Of a DNA stretch of 39,801 nt, positions 35,509 to 39,801 are shown piece after piece. Position numbers and translations under genes: made by a program. Every line of letters starts with the position of its first letter. Position 1 is the first letter of the stretch. The stretch is from Candidatus Sericytochromatia bacterium. Its GTDB lineage: Bacteria; Cyanobacteriota; Sericytochromatia; S15B-MN24; JAQBPE01. Where the stretch lies: contig JAYKHR010000044.1 of the NCBI GenBank assembly GCA_035285125.1, positions 1 to 39,801 of the forward strand, read 5' to 3'. The notes beneath the pieces were generated by a model that saw only the letters and a program-made list of their open reading frames with translations, made no database searches and was not told the origin of the DNA.

Positions 35509-36712
35509 GGGAGCTCCCTGCCGCCGCCGGCTCGGCCAGGCGGCGGGGACGCAGCACCACGATGGGCGTCTGCTCAGCAGCGTTGCCGAAGGGGTTGTCG
35601 AGAAGCCACTTCGAGACCTGCGCGGCGTCGAGGCCAGGGCTCACGGCCAGCACCATTGCGCGCTTGAGGTCGTTGGCGTCGACGATGGCCGCCGCCATCC
35701 CCGTCCGCGCCTGAATGCGCGCCACGACCTGTTCCGGCTCGGCGGGGCCGGCCACGATGTACTTGTCGAAGGGGGGCATCGTGCCCGTGATGTCGTCGAT
35801 GAGTTCGGCGGGGCGCCCGGCCAGCTCGTACATGATGCCCTTGCGGCCCACCGCCTTGCCGAGGGCACCTAGGAAGAAGGCGCTCACCATCCGGAAGGCC
35901 CCCACGTCGTCCATCGCCAGCTGGAAGCCGTGGCGCGAGCTGAGGCTCCCCTTCGAGGGGACGAAGAAGCACAGGCGCCGGGCCCAGAACCCTGGCTTCA
36001 CCTCCGTCGGGCGGAAGTAGCGGCGCTGGGTGATGGCCACCACGCTCTCTGCCACGGCGACGATGTCGCCTGGCTGCCGGAAGCTGGCCGTGTGGCGGTC
36101 GATGACCTCGGCGATGTCGTCCGCATCCGTGAGCAGCGGGGTGGGGACGCACTGCAACTCGATGGCCTCCCCCACCAGCACCGCCGGCAGGGGCTTCACG
36201 GCCGCGAGGGGCAGCACGATCTCGGCGTCGAAGGGCTGCAGGTCCACGCGCCCGTAGGTCTGGTAGGCCACGTTCACCACGGCCGCGTGGAGCCGCTCGA
36301 GCGCCTCGGGCGTCCCCTCGACCTCGACACAGAGCTCGAGATCGCAGCGCTCGCCGGGGCCGAGGAGGTTGGCCGCCCAGTACCCGTCGGTGCGCCCATC
36401 CTCCGAGATCGCACGTGCCACCACCGTGGCCCGCGCGTCGCGGGGCGTGAGGCCGTCGCGGAGCAGCAGCCGGACGCTGGTGCGCACGTCGACCAGGGTC
36501 TGCTCGTAGGCCTGGTTGCGGTTCAGGAAGGGAACCATCAGGCGGAACCGCCGCCGGCCCGCGACGGGGGGCAGCTCTTCCCAGGGCCGACGGCCGCGAG
36601 TCACGAGCTCGATGGTGCGCGTGTCCCGCGCCCGATAAAGCCCCTCGAAGGCCGCTGCGCCCAGGGCCAACAGCCCCGCGCCTGCCCCGAACCCAGCCAG
36701 CAAGCCATCCAT
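35486..36712 (-). CDS. Membrane-anchored F420-0:gamma-glutamyl ligase (CofE)-like protein
   Basis: N-terminal hydrophobic helix; C-terminal 'PGDIVAVAESVVAITQ', 'LIDDITGTMPPFD', 'AAIVDANDL', 'DNPFGNAAEQTPIVVLR'. Confidence 0.8.
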   Translation of the reverse strand: MDGLLAGFGAGAGLLALGAAAFEGLYRARDTRTIELVTRGRRPWEELPPVAGRRRFRLMVPFLNRNQAYEQTLVDVRTSVRLLLRDGLTPRDARATVVARAISEDGRTDGYWAANLLGPGERCDLELCVEVEGTPEALERLHAAVVNVAYQTYGRVDLQPFDAEIVLPLAAVKPLPAVLVGEAIELQCVPTPLLTDADDIAEVIDRHTASFRQPGDIVAVAESVVAITQRRYFRPTEVKPGFWARRLCFFVPSKGSLSSRHGFQLAMDDVGAFRMVSAFFLGALGKAVGRKGIMYELAGRPAELIDDITGTMPPFDKYIVAGPAEPEQVVARIQARTGMAAAIVDANDLKRAMVLAVSPGLDAAQVSKWLLDNPFGNAAEQTPIVVLRPRRLAEPAAAGSSHVQTRSV

Positions 36713-36869
36713 CAGATTTCAAACCCCGCTTTTCGCTGTCACATTGTAGGGCAGCCCCGCAGGCGTGACAATCGACGCGCCCCGGCGCCGACCAGCGCAT
36801 GGTAGCCCCCTGGGGGTACAACGGGGGTGACCCCTGTCACCCGCCCCCTTGCTCGGAGAGACCGCCCCC

Positions 36870-37760
36870 GTGGACTACACCGAATTTGCCGTCTTCGTTC
36901 CCCCGGCCTCGGTCGAGACCCTCGCCTGGCACCTGCAGGACCTGGCCGGGCAGGGCGTCGTGGTCTCGGAGATCCCGGCGGAGGGCCCCGTCCCACCGGA
37001 GCTGGCCGTGAAGCTGTACCGGCCAGGGACGCCCGAGGCCCTGGCCACGTGGCGCGGGGAGCTCGAGGCCCGCCTCAGGGAGGTGCAGCAGCACCTGCCG
37101 CAGGGCAGCTGGCGGGTCGAGGCGAGGCATGTGCCGTCCGAGGACTGGGAGCACAGCTGGAAGCGCCACTGGCACACGCTGACGGTGGGCAGCCGGCTCG
37201 TCGTCAAACCTTCCTGGGAGGCGTGGGAGGGCCCCGCCGACGCCGTGGTGATCGACCTGGACCCCGCTCAGGCCTTCGGCACCGGCACGCACCCGACCAC
37301 CCAGCTGTGCCTGCGCGGCCTGGAGGAGGTGCTCGCGGGGCTGGCGTCGCCGGTGGTCTTCGACGTCGGCACGGGCAGCGGCATCCTGGCGATCGCCGCC
37401 GCCCTGCTCGGGGCGAGCGCCGTCGAGGCCTGCGACACCGACCCCGTCGCCGTGGCCGCCACGGAGGAAAATGCGGCGCGCAACGGGGTGAGCGAGCGCA
37501 TCCGGACGTACGTCGGGGACGTCTCGACGATCGCAGGCGAGGCGGAGGTCGTGGTCGCCAACATCCTCGCCGAGGTCATCGCCCCGATCGCACCGGACCT
37601 CGCCAGCCGCACCCGCCCGGGCGGCACCGTGCTGGCCTCCGGCATCATCCAGGCCCGCGAGGGGCTCGTCCGCGACGCCTTCGAAGCTGCCGGGCTCGTG
37701 GTGTCGAAGGTCGAGCGGCAAGGCGAGTGGGTGCTGGTGGTGGCGACCCGACCGGCCTGA
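36870..37760 (+). CDS. prmA: Ribosomal protein L11 methyltransferase
   Basis: 'EDWEHSWKRHW', 'LDPAQAFGTGTHPTT', 'DVGTGSGILAI', 'ANILAE', 'SGII'. Confidence 0.95.
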   Translation: MDYTEFAVFVPPASVETLAWHLQDLAGQGVVVSEIPAEGPVPPELAVKLYRPGTPEALATWRGELEARLREVQQHLPQGSWRVEARHVPSEDWEHSWKRHWHTLTVGSRLVVKPSWEAWEGPADAVVIDLDPAQAFGTGTHPTTQLCLRGLEEVLAGLASPVVFDVGTGSGILAIAAALLGASAVEACDTDPVAVAATEENAARNGVSERIRTYVGDVSTIAGEAEVVVANILAEVIAPIAPDLASRTRPGGTVLASGIIQAREGLVRDAFEAAGLVVSKVERQGEWVLVVATRPA

Positions 37761-37828
37761 AGGGCCGGCAGTTGGACGCTGCCGGCCTCCGTCCGCTACC
37801 ATGGGCTGGCGCGCGTCGAGAGGGCCCC

Positions 37829-38500
37829 GTGGAACCTCGCCTCATCCCCCTGTTTCCGCTGAATGTGGTGCTGTTCCCCGGGATGGTGCTGCCGCTTCGC
37901 ATCTTCGAGCCCCGCTACAGGCTCATGATCCGGCGCTGCCTGGCAGCGGACCGCCAGTTCGGCGTGGTGCTCATCGCCGATGGCGAGGAAGCCGGCTCGC
38001 CCGCCACCCCCCGGGGGATCGGCACCGTCGCGGAGATCAGCGGGCACGAGATCATGCCTGACGGCCAGATCATGATCGTGACCGTCGGCGTTCGGCGCTT
38101 CCGGCTGCTCGAGCGGGTCGAGGGGGAGCCCTATCAGCAAGGCCGCGTGGAGCTCATCGACGAGGGAGACCCGGCGGCCCCGGTGGACGCCCGGCTGGTG
38201 TCCGAGTCGACAGAGGCCCTGGAAACCTACCTCAAGGGGCTCGCGGCCGTGTCGAACCTGGCGGTGTCGCTGCCCGAGGAGGCCCTGTCGCCCATCGACC
38301 TCTCGTACCTGATGGCCGCCTCGCTGCAGGTGGACAACGATCGCAAGCAGGCCCTGCTGGAGACCGTGCCCGTGGATGAACGCCTCGGCCGCGTGCTCGA
38401 GGCCGTGCGTGAGGAGAATGCACGCATCGAGCGGTTCCTCGCCAAGGGCCGCAGCCGCGGAGACTTCTTCTACCGCGGGAACCGGATCTCGCTCAACTGA
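37829..38500 (+). CDS. Stand-alone LON peptidase substrate-binding (N-terminal) domain protein
   Basis: 'IPLFPLNVVLFPGMVLPLRIFEPRYRLMI...FGVV', 'KQALLE'; GTG 37829 lies within the longer track ORF. Confidence 0.9.
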   Translation: MEPRLIPLFPLNVVLFPGMVLPLRIFEPRYRLMIRRCLAADRQFGVVLIADGEEAGSPATPRGIGTVAEISGHEIMPDGQIMIVTVGVRRFRLLERVEGEPYQQGRVELIDEGDPAAPVDARLVSESTEALETYLKGLAAVSNLAVSLPEEALSPIDLSYLMAASLQVDNDRKQALLETVPVDERLGRVLEAVREENARIERFLAKGRSRGDFFYRGNRISLN

Positions 38501-38642
38501 GGCCCCGCAGGAAGCAGTGGCCGCTCTGCAGATAGCCGTTACCCCGGCCGGGGAGCCACGGCCGTTGCGTCCGGTCCCCCCGGGAAAGGGTGGCAGCAGG
38601 CCGGGTGAGGGGCCGTCGCGGCCGCAGGGACGCGACGAAGGC

Positions 38643-38999
38643 TCAGCGGTAGCGTGGGTGCTCCTGCACGTTGGACAGGTAGAGCGCGTAGATGTCGCCC
38701 GTGGCGGGCCGCACGGCGAACATCATCAGCGGGGCAGCCTCGGGCTTGTCACGGGGCACCACCACCCAGACCTCGGCGCGGACGTTGGCCGTCGGGGGGG
38801 AGCCCGGCCACAGGATCTCGCCGGCCGCGGGGAGCACCACGAGGTCGGCGGGCAGGCCGGGCACGGTGGCCAGGTAGTCTCTGACCCGCAGGGCCGCGGC
38901 CTCCAACCGGCTGGGTTGGGGAGGCTGGTCCCACGCCTCCGCCCTTGCAGACGGGGCGGCCAGCGCCAGAGCAATCAGGGCGAGGCATGTCGCGCGCAT
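38643..38999 (-). CDS. Small secreted hypothetical protein (118 aa)
   Basis: Signal peptide '[20 protein letters not shown]' with AxA cleavage site. Confidence 0.7.
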   Translation of the reverse strand: MRATCLALIALALAAPSARAEAWDQPPQPSRLEAAALRVRDYLATVPGLPADLVVLPAAGEILWPGSPPTANVRAEVWVVVPRDKPEAAPLMMFAVRPATGDIYALYLSNVQEHPRYR

Positions 39000-39063
39000 C
39001 GGGGGCAGCATACCACCTCGGCGGCGACTGGTTAAGGGCTCGTTGTGGTCGGTTGGTCTCAGG

Positions 39064-39175
39064 TGGTACACTGGGTGCGTGTCCCGCGAGCCCGCTCCCG
39101 ACGGAACGGCCGCACCCCCAAGACGGACGCACACGCCCTGCGGGCGCGGCGTCACGTGACGAGGAACTCAACCAA
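39064..39175 (+). promoter_or_regulatory. rpsO promoter and structured 5' leader (candidate S15 autoregulatory element)
   Basis: TGg-TACACT at 39064-39072; a roughly 100-nt leader with gtgcgt-gtcc/ggac-gcac pairing before the GAGG RBS. Confidence 0.5.
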
Positions 39176-39442
39176 ATGATCACCCTGGAAAAGAAGAACG
39201 CCCTGATCGCGCAGCACAAGACCAGCGAGAACGACACCGGCTCGCCTGAGGTCCAGATCGCGCTGCTGACGGAGCGGATCCAGAACCTGACGGTCCACCT
39301 CAACGCCAACAAGAAGGACTTCGCGACCCGCCGCGGTCTGCTGAAGATGGTCGGCCGCCGCCGTCGGCTGCTGAACTACCTCCAGAAGTCCGAGATGTCG
39401 CGCTACCGGGCCATCATCGAGAAGCTCGGGCTGCGGAAGTAG
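39176..39442 (+). CDS. rpsO: 30S ribosomal protein S15
   Basis: '[13 protein letters not shown]', '[18 protein letters not shown]', 'LGLRK'. Confidence 0.98.
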   Translation: MITLEKKNALIAQHKTSENDTGSPEVQIALLTERIQNLTVHLNANKKDFATRRGLLKMVGRRRRLLNYLQKSEMSRYRAIIEKLGLRK

Positions 39443-39446
39443 CCAA

Positions 39447-39480
39447 AAAAGGAGGCGAGGGTTCCCCTCGCCTCCTTTTC
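39447..39480 (+). terminator. Rho-independent terminator after rpsO
   Basis: aaaaggaggcgaggg-ttc-ccctcgcctcctttt perfect stem with T tail. Confidence 0.88.
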
Positions 39481-39541
39481 CGTATGGAAAGAGGCGGGGC
39501 AACGTGCCTCGCCGAGTGAAGGAAGGCAGTAGTAAAAACGC

Positions 39542-39801
39542 ATGTCCACTCAGAAGAAAGCCAAGGCGCCCGCGATGGCCGCGATGGACGTCCACAGCTT
39601 CAAGACCAACCTTGGCGACAAGGAGATCACGGTCGAGATCGGCAAGCTCGCCAAGCAGGCGAACTGCGCCGTGACGGTCTCCTGCGGCGGCACGATGGTG
39701 CTGGTCGCCACCACCGCCTCGCGCTCGCCCCGTGAGGGCATCGACTTCTTCCCCCTCCTCGTCGACGTCGAGCAGAAGATGTACTCCGTCGGCCGCATCC
39801 C
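39542..39801 (+). CDS. pnp: Polyribonucleotide nucleotidyltransferase, 5' part (runs off the window; not in the ORF track)
   Basis: Translates as MSTQKK...[17 protein letters not shown]...[24 protein letters not shown]; canonical rpsO-pnp synteny. Confidence 0.96.
   Translation, partial: [86 protein letters not shown]

Noticed and set aside
36827..37828. N-terminal 334 aa of the 557-aa track ORF, suggesting a long LON-domain fusion
   Set aside because: It overlaps prmA in another frame and is Arg/Gly/Pro noise; the LON-like sequence starts at GTG 37829.
38501..38642. SRP-RNA-like words (gcaggaagcag, gggaaagggtggcagc) between convergent genes
   Set aside because: The conserved SRP domain IV (CAGG-GNRA-AGCAG in a symmetric loop) cannot be assembled; the hairpins are explainable by GC content or termination.

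Overview
High-GC (roughly 70%, judged by eye) bacterial chromosomal region, densely coding, with about 35 protein genes and one tRNA-Pro(GGG). I found no CRISPR array, integrase, transposase or rRNA. Housekeeping genes include gcvT-gcvH-gcvPA (no gcvPB in the window), gltX, prmA, rpsO-pnp (pnp truncated by the window edge), a DEAD-box helicase, glycerate kinase, an LCP protein, PspA/IM30, SpoVS and a peptidase-propeller-Omp85 outer-membrane protein. The gene mix suggests, by inference only, a non-photosynthetic relative of Cyanobacteria such as Sericytochromatia. Best candidates for undescribed systems: (1) a translationally coupled pair of a DUF3696-type ABC ATPase and a MIT_C/PLD-like protein (2234-4647), a likely anti-phage module; (2) a divergently transcribed cluster of a PhnD-like binding protein, an atypical histidine kinase, a receiver protein, a PLP enzyme and a GNAT (4757-9517), which looks like a signal synthesis and sensing circuit; (3) an orphan, membrane-domain-less FlhA/SctV cytoplasmic-domain protein (26306-28075); (4) a multibranched RNA structure behind its own promoter candidate, upstream of a PepSY-TM gene (15092-15413). 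All calls come from motif recognition by eye; no searches were run.
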